Shown here piece after piece: positions 35,701 through 46,357 of a stretch of DNA of 64,000 bases. The notes under the pieces are model-generated. The model did not search any database. It saw only the letters and a program-made list of their open reading frames with translations, and had not been told where the DNA came from. This DNA comes from a virus. The stretch lies in IMG/VR virus record IMGVR_UViG_3300044613_003178; one strand, written 5' to 3'. Positions within the stretch are counted from its first letter, which is position 1, and every line of letters begins with the position of its first letter. The position numbers were made by a program, and so were the translations under genes.

Positions 35701-38700
35701 ACCACTTGAATTGAATGTTAGTACCTTTGTTGCTCTCTTCTTTACTTTGCTTCTAATACCAACACCTGTTTGTGTTGAACCACCAACAGACATGGTTGCG
35801 ATTAATTTATAATCACCATCTGGCAAAATTCTATTACCACCAGATTGCTTCATATAAAGTGTTAAGGTTGAAGAAGCTCCTTCACTTGTATTGTTTGTAA
35901 TAATCTTATCAAAATATCTTGTATCTGATAGGTTATAAACTTTACCATTATCGGTATTTAAGAAGATATAGTGCTCTAGAAGATCTGCCATATCAACTTT
36001 ACCAGTTTCTTCACCTGTTCCAGAAGCACCACCTATAAATCTTATATTTGCTGGTAAACCTGGCTCTATTAGTTTTGTTGTACTTGTAGTGTTTATTGTT
36101 ACATTAATGTCTCTTTGAATTCTATATTTAAAATCACTAACATTTTGAACAATGTCACCAACTGGTAAATCAAACAATAGTGTGTTTTGTTGTGGTGAAT
36201 ATATTGTTGAAACACCATTTGCAGTTTCTATAGCAAATAAATCATTTTCATTTGTATCTGCAATGTGTGTTGTAGAATTTAATGGATATTTTGATGTTGT
36301 AGAACCAATATTCAACATTGCAATGTCGAATAAGTGTACACTATATCTTTCCTCTGAAATTCTATGTAATTGTCTTAATTTTGCATTTCCTGTTACAGTT
36401 GTGGATACCAAACCACCTGTTGGAACCTTTGTACTATCAACAGCATATGTTACTGATGGAGATCTTCCTTTAATTGATAATGGACTAGATGATGGTGCTC
36501 CGATATTGAACGAGAATGGCAATGAAACACCATTTAGTGTGTTTGGTGTTAAGACAAATGTTGTTGTGCTTTCATCTTCGGTTGCTGCAGGATTATCAAC
36601 ATCACCAGCCTTAAAGAATACAACCTTTCCTTCACTAGTGATACCGCTATTTCTTTGTGTTATAATATCACCAATTCTGGCTTCCTTGCCTTTCTTAAAG
36701 TTTTGTTCTGCTGAAATTATAATTTGTTTAGCAGAACCAAATGCATTATCTTCATCGAAATCTTTTCCACTAACATATGAATCAGAAACATGAACAAATA
36801 CACCAGATGCTTTTTCTATTTCTTCGAATGATGATACTGTGTTTTCATTGTGTTTTGCCAAATCCCAACCTCTACCACCATAATGAATACCTGTTCCTAT
36901 TTCAAAAACCCAACCAGATTCTTTATTAAATTTATTTTTCTCTTGTAGAATAATTAGTGTTCTTGTATTTGCATCCCATGATACAACAGTTCCTTTTGCT
37001 ACACACTTCGATGAAACAAAATTTGTTGGTGGTGTTAAACTATCAATTGGTAAACTGTTTACATCAAATTGGAATACTCTGTTACCAGCAGTATATTCAC
37101 CATAAATTGCAGATTCGGTAAATTTAATTGTTGTAAATTCACCACAAGTTGAGTTGTCTAAAACTACTACTCCCTTGATAGCATAGCAAGCACATGGTGC
37201 ATATAACAAGCCAACATTAGAATAGAGTGCTGGATTTGGATTTACATTTGTAACAAAATCATCACTACCTTTCATTTCAACATAAATTTTATAATTACCA
37301 GCATCTGGACTTTCACTAACTGCTAAAACTATACCTGTTGCTTCTCTTGTGCTTCCACCAACCGTATCATAAACTTGAGTTATGAGATCACCAATACGAT
37401 ATTTACCAAAACCATCAGTTGCAGTTGGTGGATTTGTTTGTGAACAATCCTCAACTCCTGTTGCCTTTGTTAGTGTTATTTGAACAATATTATTTTGTAT
37501 TTGAACAGTTTCAATACTACTTCCATAGGAAATATCACTACCAACTTCTGGATTAAATACTACACCAGATTCTTCTCCTACACCATCTGTAATATTTGAT
37601 CCTGGTAATGAGAATCCTCTTGTTGCACCTGAACCGAATACTATATTTCCTGTTCCTTGTTTGATATATAATGCACTTCCACTAGTTACGCCTGAAGAAC
37701 CAGCAGGAACCCATCTTCTAGTTTCTGCTTTCTTTACAGTAATATAATTTAAAATTTCTGCAGATGTTGGTTCATCTGGAATTGCATTTTTTATATTCTT
37801 ATAGTCAACTTGATAGACATAATTTTTTGTAGTATCTCTATATTCATCAGTGCCAAATTGATCATCAAGATCAGCATTACCATCTTGACCATATGCTGTT
37901 CTAAAATTACCGTGATATGGCTCAGTGAATACCAATCTGCTTATATTATTTTCAGTTGCAAATGATGATTTGTTTATATTGTAGTAAATACTATTTGTTG
38001 CAGATACTTTTTGTCCTATAGTTTTCTTTCTAGTATCTGTTGTTTCTTCTGGTCTAATAAGACCATATGTAGTTGAACCTGTTGGCAATTCCTTTAATAA
38101 TGCAAGACCACCTGCTTCGGAATTTGGTTCCAAGAACAATATACTTGAGTAATTTGTATGTTCTGAAGCAAACAAAGGTGACCAATATTTTACAGGTAAT
38201 GATGCTTCTTGTTCTTCTACCTTTGGTAAATTGATTTCAACAAATTGACCCTTCAACTTTACTGGTGGGAATTCATTTATGTTCAATGAAGAAGAATAAT
38301 CATTAAATTTATACAAACCATCTGCACCAAGAGTTGTTGTTGCGACGAAATAATTTCCAACATTTGCGTTTACTTCATAATTATTTAAAAATACAGTATC
38401 TCTTGGTTTATCTATTGATATATTTGTATTGTTAATATTTTCAAACTCATAACCATAAACATATGCTTTGCCTGGTTGTACTGATAAAACAAACTTATCT
38501 TCTGATCCTTTTGGTGTATCTGTTAATGTATATGTTCCTGTTTCATCTTGATCAATTGTTACTATTGGAGTATCTTGTACATTGACTACTGCATAGAAAA
38601 CGCCACCTTCAGGAACTGCATTACCTTTTCTAAAAAGATAAAACTTTGTGTTCAATCCTATCGTCAATACATCATTTATGTCTGTTTCTTGATATTTTGC

Positions 38701-39912
38701 TGTAATTGTTGCGTATGGACTATCTGAACTTGCGCTAACATTTACAATATCCAAAAGAGATGTTTTTGCAGTAGTTTCATCATAAACCTTTAATATATCA
38801 TTTGGAAATGGTGGTAAATTGCCAGTTTCTGAGGAATAACTAAATGTATCTTGAACTGATGATGATATTGGTTTTGTGATATCACCAAGATATCGTGAAA
38901 CTACAAACTTAAATTTATCAGAACGAATATGATTTTTGAGTTCTAGACCAAATGGTTTAACTGTATAAGAACCAGATTCATCATAAGTTCTTCTAGCAAA
39001 TATTTCAAGCAAATCGGAATATGTTGGAGTTCTTCTTACGAAATCCAATTTACCATTTACTGTTCTTGCAAGTTCAATAAAATCTTCTGTTGAATATTCT
39101 TCTGGTTTTGTTTCTTTATCATCAAAAACATATGATGTCAAATTCAACTCTATAACATATCTATCTGCTCCGGGTGCATTAAAATTATATGAACCATTTG
39201 CAGGATCTTTTAATGTTTCGTCTTCGGTTGCGTCTACAGTTATTCTATTTAATGAGAATCCAACTCTGTTTGTTGGTGTTGAAAAATCTCTAAATCCAGA
39301 TGTTGAATCTAATTTATAAAGTGAAGTTGTTTGTTTTGTATTGTTTACGAAGAAACCATCAACATAAAATATACCTTCTTCAACAGAAACAAGACTTGCT
39401 GAACCAGAAACAGGAATTGAAGTATCAACTGTTGTTGATTTTACTGTTATGGATTGGACAGTAGAACCTATGAACAATCTTTGTGCATTGTTCAATTCAT
39501 TTCCAGTTAGATACTGTAAGAATAAAATTGTATATTCGTCTGTTCCTATAACTTCTGGTAGAGTATAAACAATTTTTGCTTTACTTGCTGTTGTGGATCC
39601 AAGAACATCTGTGCTGCTGGTGTCTGATATGACCTTACCTCTTAGATCCTCATGATTTATATCAGTTTGTTTTACTCTGAGGAACTTACACTCAGTAAGT
39701 GTAGAAACACCACCATATACAAGACTACCATTTTTAAATACATGGCTACCAAGTTTTGATACTTGATTTTGTAATAGTGTTTGTAATTGAGTTAGTTCTC
39801 TTGCTTGAACAGAATAGCCCGGTTTAAAAAGAATTCTTAAAAAATTCTTTGTATCGGCAAAATCGTCGTAATAAGGCGAACCGGAAAGTATATCTGTGTG
39901 TTTATATGCCAT
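32731..39912 (-). CDS. VrlC-like / DUF4815-type large baseplate structural protein (2393 aa)
   Basis: Motifs PYYDDF...RILFKPGYSVQARELTQLQT, YNFNAPGADRY, ARRTYDESGSYTV, PGKAYVYGYE, RYTMSDIRDLERRI, LAQTFFV. Confidence 0.9.
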   Translation of the reverse strand: MAYKHTDILSGSPYYDDFADTKNFLRILFKPGYSVQARELTQLQTLLQNQVSKLGSHVFKNGSLVYGGVSTLTECKFLRVKQTDINHEDLRGKVISDTSSTDVLGSTTASKAKIVYTLPEVIGTDEYTILFLQYLTGNELNNAQRLFIGSTVQSITVKSTTVDTSIPVSGSASLVSVEEGIFYVDGFFVNNTKQTTSLYKLDSTSGFRDFSTPTNRVGFSLNRITVDATEDETLKDPANGSYNFNAPGADRYVIELNLTSYVFDDKETKPEEYSTEDFIELARTVNGKLDFVRRTPTYSDLLEIFARRTYDESGSYTVKPFGLELKNHIRSDKFKFVVSRYLGDITKPISSSVQDTFSYSSETGNLPPFPNDILKVYDETTAKTSLLDIVNVSASSDSPYATITAKYQETDINDVLTIGLNTKFYLFRKGNAVPEGGVFYAVVNVQDTPIVTIDQDETGTYTLTDTPKGSEDKFVLSVQPGKAYVYGYEFENINNTNISIDKPRDTVFLNNYEVNANVGNYFVATTTLGADGLYKFNDYSSSLNINEFPPVKLKGQFVEINLPKVEEQEASLPVKYWSPLFASEHTNYSSILFLEPNSEAGGLALLKELPTGSTTYGLIRPEETTDTRKKTIGQKVSATNSIYYNINKSSFATENNISRLVFTEPYHGNFRTAYGQDGNADLDDQFGTDEYRDTTKNYVYQVDYKNIKNAIPDEPTSAEILNYITVKKAETRRWVPAGSSGVTSGSALYIKQGTGNIVFGSGATRGFSLPGSNITDGVGEESGVVFNPEVGSDISYGSSIETVQIQNNIVQITLTKATGVEDCSQTNPPTATDGFGKYRIGDLITQVYDTVGGSTREATGIVLAVSESPDAGNYKIYVEMKGSDDFVTNVNPNPALYSNVGLLYAPCACYAIKGVVVLDNSTCGEFTTIKFTESAIYGEYTAGNRVFQFDVNSLPIDSLTPPTNFVSSKCVAKGTVVSWDANTRTLIILQEKNKFNKESGWVFEIGTGIHYGGRGWDLAKHNENTVSSFEEIEKASGVFVHVSDSYVSGKDFDEDNAFGSAKQIIISAEQNFKKGKEARIGDIITQRNSGITSEGKVVFFKAGDVDNPAATEDESTTTFVLTPNTLNGVSLPFSFNIGAPSSSPLSIKGRSPSVTYAVDSTKVPTGGLVSTTVTGNAKLRQLHRISEERYSVHLFDIAMLNIGSTTSKYPLNSTTHIADTNENDLFAIETANGVSTIYSPQQNTLLFDLPVGDIVQNVSDFKYRIQRDINVTINTTSTTKLIEPGLPANIRFIGGASGTGEETGKVDMADLLEHYIFLNTDNGKVYNLSDTRYFDKIITNNTSEGASSTLTLYMKQSGGNRILPDGDYKLIATMSVGGSTQTGVGIRSKVKKRATKVLTFNSSGVLTIPQSDIISVDYMTTTTGAIYDLTYFTLNNGQTDNIYDYATFKLKPENNGVFILSNEQVLITYTYFEHQGNGPIVVNSYESHNDIPEYISPSTNEKYKLDTVIDFRPYRNSSGTLDGIYGIPVITESFTVDYSYYQAKNYKLVLTRDRKFKVISSPSSLTPVIPPDEPNSMTLYTIESPAYLSNIGDLKITPYNHQRYTMSDIRDLERRISELEHTTRMNLLEKTAKEQSIPDSTTGEELIKTSILVDGFSGHGTGDTLSSDYNCSIDVGNNLLRPPFKTTVIGFDVNTATSTNININNTTGLVTLDYTETPLIIQPLSSTLTTINAFADTVWTGRMNLSPSSDSWFDDTKTPQVLSNQEGENDSFINVKPSVKNNNTGAFGTNYDSWRTFWQGIPRRKFGSTRGSGGYRFGAGYKNINGEKLIFPAPLPVSETPKPTKVNVGEKVVDKDIIPFMREKTISVSITGLKPKTLVYPYFDGIRIDSYCKIGSNDFVNGSNNKTDSSGSISFTFNLPSGKFKVGEKLLTVMDNQSGNREAAQTIAESKYVAAGANTNTNDYFVNTRPAIVDTLNKPKTLLAQTFFVDGNNYPQGVYIKSVELFFRSIDTQNIPVTLEVRPVVSGYPLIGEGSYAYPYASKTIVPSTSSIIQDGVTPTPGSKDGSVASNGTKFTFDAPIHLLPGEHALVLNSNSSEYSVYSAEIGEVQINTGIPISEQPYSGKMYKTNNNTIWTEIQGTDLMFVINRCDFETDGLLVLSEPNTRKSKDNYSVANVNISYVDLNNTIDGITLETLNENAATRVSASIKPNTNIDFGVNKKILYNSSSVRLSLDLSSDGIITPVIDTDKISMICVRNMITTQSRTSEELLPIATTAKARYITKTITLEPGLESTNCSVFMKLCKPQGTAVDVYIKRQKQGTDSAFIEEYYESMTPEFENFVSADENDFREVKYTINADQVGEEFSKFNIKIVLYSTDESIVPIAKELRIISTT

Positions 39913-39921
39913 TTAATTACC

Positions 39922-42207
39922 TCAGAGTCCTATTATTATTTTAAATTCTTCCATTTGATCATCACCACGAACAACTGGTCTTATATTTTCTATGTATAAC
40001 ATTTTACCAGAATACCTAGAAACTTCTGGTAACTTGATATCGTAAATTCCAACATTAAAATCTTTATAAGTTGATGTATATGAACCACCTACCAATTTCA
40101 ATATTCTTTGTCCTGATGTTGGGGTTGGATCAAAAGCACCATCAACTCCAGTCAGTAACAAAGTACCAGTGGTTTTATCATCTGAAAGTTTCCATGAAAC
40201 TACAATACCAGTAGCACCAGATGTCTCTTGTTTTATAATATCATCTTCTGAAAAATCTGTTTCTGAAAAAGTATCTGTTATTGGATTGTTTACAGATCTT
40301 AATGTTAAAGCAGTTGTGGTTCTATAACTGGTTTTACCCTCTGTTAATCCTGCTTTTGAAATATTCTTAATAATACCAACTTTATTCTCATTAAATCCTG
40401 AAATACCAGATGTCATATTCACAGCAGAGAATGCTATTATTCTTTCTCCATTTATTAAATCTCCAGAATCATTATAATATGATTCATCAAAAGAACCATT
40501 TACATCTGTTACAACTAATTTACCGTCAGTGCCAAAGAAAGTAGGTTTCCAATCAACTACAGTACCTGTTGTTTTTGAATCTTCTCCTAAAATAGTATCA
40601 TCCAATTTGAATGTTAAATCACTATAATAATTTAAAGGAGCACAATTTAAAACATTCACTGATGTATAATATGTGTCGGTTCCTGTTGTTGGATAATCCT
40701 CTATTACTAGTGGATATACTGTAGATGATGGATAATTCATAAATTTACCATTTACAGTTTTTAGTATTAATGTTTCGGTTGTAGAATCAAAACTTAAATA
40801 AGTTCCTTGTGCTTGACTGATGTTGTCATCGGATCCTTGTTTTACTATTAAGTTGGGATTGCTCTGTAAAACACTTACAAATGTTGAATAATTTCCACCC
40901 AATGTCAATGCTGTTGTTGCATTTAAATTTTCAATATCAAGAGTATATTTTTGTTTTGGGGTGATTTCATTTAATAATTCTATATCTTGTATCAAACCAA
41001 CTTGTCTATAATCATTGTAAAAATTATTGTCTTGAATTTCTTCTTTATCAAAATATGATTTTATCATTAAATCTTTACAACCTAATTCAATAATAGAAGA
41101 ATAACCATGACCATTAACTGGTGCTAATATTGCTCTTGCTTTTGTTAAATCAATATCATTAGTTCGTTTTGATTTTATTTCTACAATTGCTTTTCGATAA
41201 TTTTCACCACCATTTAAGATGGTTACACTTTCTATCATTTTTGTCAAAGGATTTAAAATTGGAATTGCAACTGCATTTCTACCGTCACCTATTATTTCTA
41301 TTCTTGGTAAAATTTTATAATATGAATCAGTTGTTATTTGTTCAGTAAATGCTTCACTAACAGTTGCAATACAAGATTCACCATTATATGCTGTTATTTT
41401 TCTAACTTGACCTGAACCAGTTCCAGAATAAATATAAACAACATAATCATTTTTATAAATATCATTAATTCTACTTATATCGGACAATGGGTTTAGTTTT
41501 ATAGTAAAACTACCAACATTAACAGTTTCTTGTACAACATGAAAAATTTGAGCTTCGGGATTTGTTACATAGTCAATAGCGAATGGATATGATGCACCAG
41601 TTTGAGTTACTTGTATCGAAGTGATTGCACCATTTTTATTTTGTTTTGCATCTTGTTGAACTGTTAATTGCAGAGATCGTTGATCGGTGTAAAATAGTTC
41701 GTCTAGCAATTCTACAGGAATATATTCCTCCGTTATAAAATCTTCTAATTCTGGTCTAACAGAATACATATATTTCCAAATATAACCATCTTGGGTTATT
41801 ATGTCATCAGTACTAGTTCCTGATGGTTCATATTGAGAGAACGAACCATTATTATTTGAAATACATTTATAAACATTTTTACCAGAAGTATAAACATAAA
41901 AATCATAATTATTTGTTTCGGAATACAATTCAATCACATCATCATATTGTGAAAAAACTTTATTATATTCCCAATTAATTCTTCTTATTACAAATGCAAC
42001 ATCATCAGAATTCAATGACTTGCAAAGTAGCATGTTTCTCCATGCCTCTAGTTCTTCATTGAGAGAATCGTCTGCTGTTGGGGGAAGAGTTTCGTTATCC
42101 CATTCAGTAACTTTACCAATAAAGAGATAATTTTTTATATTTGAAAATGCGGAAAATTTGTCATAAAAAGACTGTATTAATGAATTTTTTAAGTTGGTTT
42201 TTAGCAT
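39922..42207 (-). CDS. gp8: Baseplate wedge protein gp8 (expanded, 761 aa)
   Basis: Motifs YLFIGK, VIRRINW, VYKCISNNNG, DGYIWKYMY, NDYRQVGLI, and C-terminal YSGKMLYIENIRPVVR...EEFKIII. Confidence 0.9.
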   Translation of the reverse strand: MLKTNLKNSLIQSFYDKFSAFSNIKNYLFIGKVTEWDNETLPPTADDSLNEELEAWRNMLLCKSLNSDDVAFVIRRINWEYNKVFSQYDDVIELYSETNNYDFYVYTSGKNVYKCISNNNGSFSQYEPSGTSTDDIITQDGYIWKYMYSVRPELEDFITEEYIPVELLDELFYTDQRSLQLTVQQDAKQNKNGAITSIQVTQTGASYPFAIDYVTNPEAQIFHVVQETVNVGSFTIKLNPLSDISRINDIYKNDYVVYIYSGTGSGQVRKITAYNGESCIATVSEAFTEQITTDSYYKILPRIEIIGDGRNAVAIPILNPLTKMIESVTILNGGENYRKAIVEIKSKRTNDIDLTKARAILAPVNGHGYSSIIELGCKDLMIKSYFDKEEIQDNNFYNDYRQVGLIQDIELLNEITPKQKYTLDIENLNATTALTLGGNYSTFVSVLQSNPNLIVKQGSDDNISQAQGTYLSFDSTTETLILKTVNGKFMNYPSSTVYPLVIEDYPTTGTDTYYTSVNVLNCAPLNYYSDLTFKLDDTILGEDSKTTGTVVDWKPTFFGTDGKLVVTDVNGSFDESYYNDSGDLINGERIIAFSAVNMTSGISGFNENKVGIIKNISKAGLTEGKTSYRTTTALTLRSVNNPITDTFSETDFSEDDIIKQETSGATGIVVSWKLSDDKTTGTLLLTGVDGAFDPTPTSGQRILKLVGGSYTSTYKDFNVGIYDIKLPEVSRYSGKMLYIENIRPVVRGDDQMEEFKIIIGL

Positions 42208-42208
42208 T

Positions 42209-44053
42209 TTAGTTAGTACTTTGTGTTAAATCTGTTATTGGTATTTTTAAGAAATCTCTTATTACTATTTCTCCAACTGCGTTATCAGAATTATTTAGTA
42301 GTGTATTTGGATTTGGAAAAACAATCCAATACTCATTTATTTGATTTTTATCTGATACATCTGGTTTATAAATAAAAACCAAATCATTAACACCGGAATT
42401 TTTTCTTTCAATCCCTGCTAAATGTTCTTGTGTTGCTTCATCCTCATCAGGAATGGTTTGATTTGGATTAAATCCAGAAGGATACAAATCTGTCATACCC
42501 GATGGATAAAGAATAGGATCGGCATTCGGATAAGAATCATTTCTTAAATTTTTTATAGTATTGAATGTATATGGTAGGTAATTACCTATAAATCCTTGAT
42601 AATATAAATTTGTAGTTGTTGAACTACTTACATCGATCTGTTCATCTCTTTTAACAAGGTAACTACCAAATAACCCAACACCTGCTGGATGTACCAACCT
42701 CTTGACTATATCGGCATAATTTATTATATTTTCTTCAACCTTTAACACATAAGAAAGTTCTTGGTACTTTCTATTATCGTGTAATTTGCCTCTAGAGGAG
42801 GGAGAAGATGATATTGTCTTATAATATCCAGGATATCTTGTCATGACTCCTATTTCATAAGTTCCTGATATTGGTGTGTAAGAGCCATTTTGATTTTTTT
42901 TGTGAAGTAAATGTGTACCTGAATAATTATAACCAGAATCAATTATTTGTAATCTTTTTACTTTACCTTTAAAATCTACTTCTTGTATTACTGCATAAAA
43001 ACCAGTTCCACTTATAGAATCTGTGGAGTCGAGCAAATAAACAGGATCACCAACTCGTAAAGCTTTACTTGTTATATCAACACTAGTAACAACTGGTAAA
43101 AGATCCATTGATACTTGTTTTCTCTTACCATCAATTAGCATATCACTATAAACTTGTTTATCTCCATCAAATTCACCAACAACATTTGCTACAAAAAGTT
43201 CAATTAAATCCATATTTGTTACTCTTTGTACACTAACTTCTACAACTCTTGCGGAAGCAGTTATATTTCCGCTGGCATCTAATTGATATATTAAAGAGTT
43301 TTTTAGTAAAAATGCAGTCTTTAATTCTATATTTTTTACTTTCATACCAACATTCTCTACCCACAAATTACCCGAACCCTTTATCAAATCGGTTCGTGGA
43401 TAATAAAAATCAACATAAGTGTTATACAGTAATCTAAATAAAAATCTAAAGGACTTTTCAGAACCTTTAGATCTGTAAAATTGTTTTATATTTTTAATTA
43501 TTGTTTTTATATTTTTATCACCAGATGTCAATATATTATCTGGAAAATCGTTTAAATATTGTATTCTAAAATTTGATAAGAAAACTTCTGGAGTGGTATC
43601 TACATCAGCAAATTGTTCAGATGTGAATGGTGCAAAAATTGGATTATTAGATTTGTGTAGCCATTCGTAATATGCTTCTATAAATCTTGAAAATGTTTTA
43701 TAATCTTCTTGTATAAATTGTGGTAGTTTTGTTTTAGCAAATGACCATGTTGGATTTTTTGATTCAAATTTTTCAGTAACTACATTAAATTTTACAGAGA
43801 AATCCGTTTCATCTATTTTTATGTTATTTTTATTTAATAGATATCCTTTTATTTCATATGTACCAGATTTGAGAGAATCAAAAGTGTATTCATTGCTTAC
43901 AGTAGTTGTTATTTCTTCGGTATCATTTACTATGAAAACAATTTTACTGAGTTTATATTTTTCTAAATTGTTTAAAACTTTATAACGAAATTTTAATTCG
44001 TCACTATAAACAGTTGAATCTTGTTGAGGATATATGATTTCTACTTGTAACAT
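42209..44053 (-). CDS. gp7: Baseplate wedge initiator, gp7-like, with an N-terminal Ig-like domain
   Basis: Motifs LPQFIQEDY..F.RFIEAYYEW, IKNIKQFYRSKGSEKSF.FLFRLLY, LHDNRKYQELSYVLK, VKRLVHPAG. Confidence 0.85.
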   Translation of the reverse strand: MLQVEIIYPQQDSTVYSDELKFRYKVLNNLEKYKLSKIVFIVNDTEEITTTVSNEYTFDSLKSGTYEIKGYLLNKNNIKIDETDFSVKFNVVTEKFESKNPTWSFAKTKLPQFIQEDYKTFSRFIEAYYEWLHKSNNPIFAPFTSEQFADVDTTPEVFLSNFRIQYLNDFPDNILTSGDKNIKTIIKNIKQFYRSKGSEKSFRFLFRLLYNTYVDFYYPRTDLIKGSGNLWVENVGMKVKNIELKTAFLLKNSLIYQLDASGNITASARVVEVSVQRVTNMDLIELFVANVVGEFDGDKQVYSDMLIDGKRKQVSMDLLPVVTSVDITSKALRVGDPVYLLDSTDSISGTGFYAVIQEVDFKGKVKRLQIIDSGYNYSGTHLLHKKNQNGSYTPISGTYEIGVMTRYPGYYKTISSSPSSRGKLHDNRKYQELSYVLKVEENIINYADIVKRLVHPAGVGLFGSYLVKRDEQIDVSSSTTTNLYYQGFIGNYLPYTFNTIKNLRNDSYPNADPILYPSGMTDLYPSGFNPNQTIPDEDEATQEHLAGIERKNSGVNDLVFIYKPDVSDKNQINEYWIVFPNPNTLLNNSDNAVGEIVIRDFLKIPITDLTQSTN

Positions 44054-44055
44054 GT

Positions 44056-45957
44056 TTAACCAGATGTGTAATTAGAACTATTTCTAGTAGAATAAGATGC
44101 GTTGTTTAATGAGTTTTTGTAAACTGGCAGTAAGGTTATTGAAACATTTCTATTAATGGATGTATCAAAAGATAATATCGTGTCATAATCGGTAAATACA
44201 TCTGCATCATTTGGTGTTGCAATGAAGTAAATATAGTTTTGTGCGTTAACGAATGATGAAACTGTTAAATCTGTTAGTGTTATTATTCCAGTTTTGTAAT
44301 CAACTTTTCCTGCTTTATTGTTTATGTAAATTTTGTTGTTTTTATTATCTGTTGTATAAATTCTCATGTTTCCATCACCATCATCATCAAAATAACATAT
44401 TTTTTCCACTAATGCTGAATTTTGTATTACATACATCTTAAAGTATGAACTTTCGACAACTGGAACATCATAACATGCTCTTGGGTGATATAATTCATTT
44501 CCAAAATCAATTGTATGTGTAATTTTCTTTGTTAATTCTGGGTATATTCTTTTTTCCATAGTTACGCTTGTAGAAGCACCAACTATGCTTGGATGAAATT
44601 TTAATAGTTCTGGAATTAAATCAGATGAATAATAATCATCATCAAATCCTTTAAAATTCTGTACAGCGTATTCTCTTATCTTAGTATTAATAACTTCTTT
44701 GATTTTTGTTTCAGAATCTCTTGTTGATGTTGGATCATATTTTGCATTAACTAAAAGATTTAAGTACAGGATATCTGGATCTAAAATTTCTAAAGTAATA
44801 CCAGCCATAGATCTATTTCTTAGGATAGAATCTACTATTTGCTTCTTTTCTTGTATTGATAGTACGGAACTATTATATGGTTTTATTGAGGCAAAAACTT
44901 TTCCATATTGTGGTGGATTATTTTGTTCACCACCCCAACATCGAATAGATTCAATATTGTTGTAATTTTTAAGAATCAAACTCTCGTAATCACTTGCAGT
45001 AACTGCTCTTTCTTCATTTGAATAGTTTTTTAGAGCATTTCTTCTTATGCTTTCAATATCTTCTTTATCAGAACCGCCACTGGATGGTTGAACTGTTTCT
45101 ATTTCATATCCAGATAAACTAAACGATGAAAAACTCACTGAATCTGAAGAACCTATATTATTTCCAGCACTTCCGGAAGAAACTAAAAATTCAAAGATTA
45201 CTAAATTTCCTTGTTCTAACTTCTTACCAAATACACCATCACCAAATGTTGCTTCATATGTTCCAGATGGAGATTCTTCAATAAAGAAAACTCTAGAATC
45301 TTTATTCACCATTGTTATATCTGTAGCCAATTTCCATTCTTGTTCGATACCTTCTTGATTTGTAAATGATTGCAAAACAAATGCTCTTATTGTGGAGAGA
45401 TCTACACCATCATATGGTATCGAAATTTTTTGATTTGGATCTGCTATTATGGATGTGAATGTTGTATATGTACCTTGAATTAATGGAACATCGACTATTC
45501 CGTATTTGGTTGTTTCGCCTGTTGTGTCATCAAATTCTATTGGATCAAATGAATATGATTTTGTTGTTACGAATGTAAAGGTATTATTGTTGGAGTCTGT
45601 TGCGGTTAGTTGAGTATTTCTCGTAATTATATCATTTGTATAATTTTCTGGACTCAATTTTATGTTGATTACTGCTGTTGCTGCCTTTGTTGATTTTGGA
45701 ACATAACCTAAATTTTTTGCTAGTGAAACAACAGATGATCTTTTTCCTGCTGTATCAATAAATGTTTCATTTACAACCATATTATTATAAAATGCATTAT
45801 AATATGTGTTATATGCTAGTAAATCCATGAGAACATTAAAGGCAGAACCTTCAAACGAATAACCAGAAAATTCTGATTGTTTGTTTAAAAAGTCAATCAA
45901 ATTTGATTTGATTGATACGAAATCTAAATTAGAAATATCGCCTCTTTTTTGTTCCAT
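44056..45957 (-). CDS. gp6: Baseplate wedge protein gp6
   Basis: Motifs LDFVSIKSNL, FEGSAFNVLMDLLAYNT, VVSLAKNLGYVP, FGDGVFGKK, RAVTASDY, PPQYGKVF. Confidence 0.96.
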   Translation of the reverse strand: MEQKRGDISNLDFVSIKSNLIDFLNKQSEFSGYSFEGSAFNVLMDLLAYNTYYNAFYNNMVVNETFIDTAGKRSSVVSLAKNLGYVPKSTKAATAVINIKLSPENYTNDIITRNTQLTATDSNNNTFTFVTTKSYSFDPIEFDDTTGETTKYGIVDVPLIQGTYTTFTSIIADPNQKISIPYDGVDLSTIRAFVLQSFTNQEGIEQEWKLATDITMVNKDSRVFFIEESPSGTYEATFGDGVFGKKLEQGNLVIFEFLVSSGSAGNNIGSSDSVSFSSFSLSGYEIETVQPSSGGSDKEDIESIRRNALKNYSNEERAVTASDYESLILKNYNNIESIRCWGGEQNNPPQYGKVFASIKPYNSSVLSIQEKKQIVDSILRNRSMAGITLEILDPDILYLNLLVNAKYDPTSTRDSETKIKEVINTKIREYAVQNFKGFDDDYYSSDLIPELLKFHPSIVGASTSVTMEKRIYPELTKKITHTIDFGNELYHPRACYDVPVVESSYFKMYVIQNSALVEKICYFDDDGDGNMRIYTTDNKNNKIYINNKAGKVDYKTGIITLTDLTVSSFVNAQNYIYFIATPNDADVFTDYDTILSFDTSINRNVSITLLPVYKNSLNNASYSTRNSSNYTSG

Positions 45958-45958
45958 T

Positions 45959-46333
45959 TTATCTTGTTCTCTCTATTGAGAAACTTAAAGTTTCTTCTTT
46001 ATTTCCCGTAAAATAATATTCTACTGTAATATCTATTGAATTTTGATCAGGAGTAGCAGCAACTAATACACTTTTTAAAGATACTCTTGGTTCATATTTT
46101 TTTATAATTCTCATGATATTATTTTTTAATTCAATGTCTCCATCTATTAGGTAATTTTCAAATAAAAATCCTCTAATATTTGCATTTAAATCCGTATTAA
46201 ATGGTTTTTCATATAAACTTAACAAAAGAAGAGTTCTTAGAGATTGCTTAAGAGCATCTCCATCGGTTTTTTTATTTAAATCCCCAGTTATTGGATTTAT
46301 ATTAAAGTTTAAATCTATGTCTTTTGCTATCAT
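45959..46333 (-). CDS. gp25: Baseplate wedge protein gp25
   Basis: Motifs KDIDLNF..NPITGDL, ALKQSLRTLL, EKPF, YEPRV. Confidence 0.93.
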   Translation of the reverse strand: MIAKDIDLNFNINPITGDLNKKTDGDALKQSLRTLLLLSLYEKPFNTDLNANIRGFLFENYLIDGDIELKNNIMRIIKKYEPRVSLKSVLVAATPDQNSIDITVEYYFTGNKEETLSFSIERTR

Positions 46334-46339
46334 TTTAAA

Positions 46340-46347
46340 TATGTATA
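46340..46347 (-). promoter_or_regulatory. Possible late promoter variant TATACATA upstream of gp25
   Basis: Intergenic; the same variant occurs upstream of gp18. Confidence 0.45.
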
Positions 46348-46357
46348 TTTCTTTTTA

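Noticed and set aside
36152-36793. 213-aa + strand ORF and the many other short antisense ORFs inside structural genes (e.g. 28279, 13367, 46994, 54838)
   Set aside because: They are fully nested opposite well-supported genes and have the composition expected of reverse-frame shadows.
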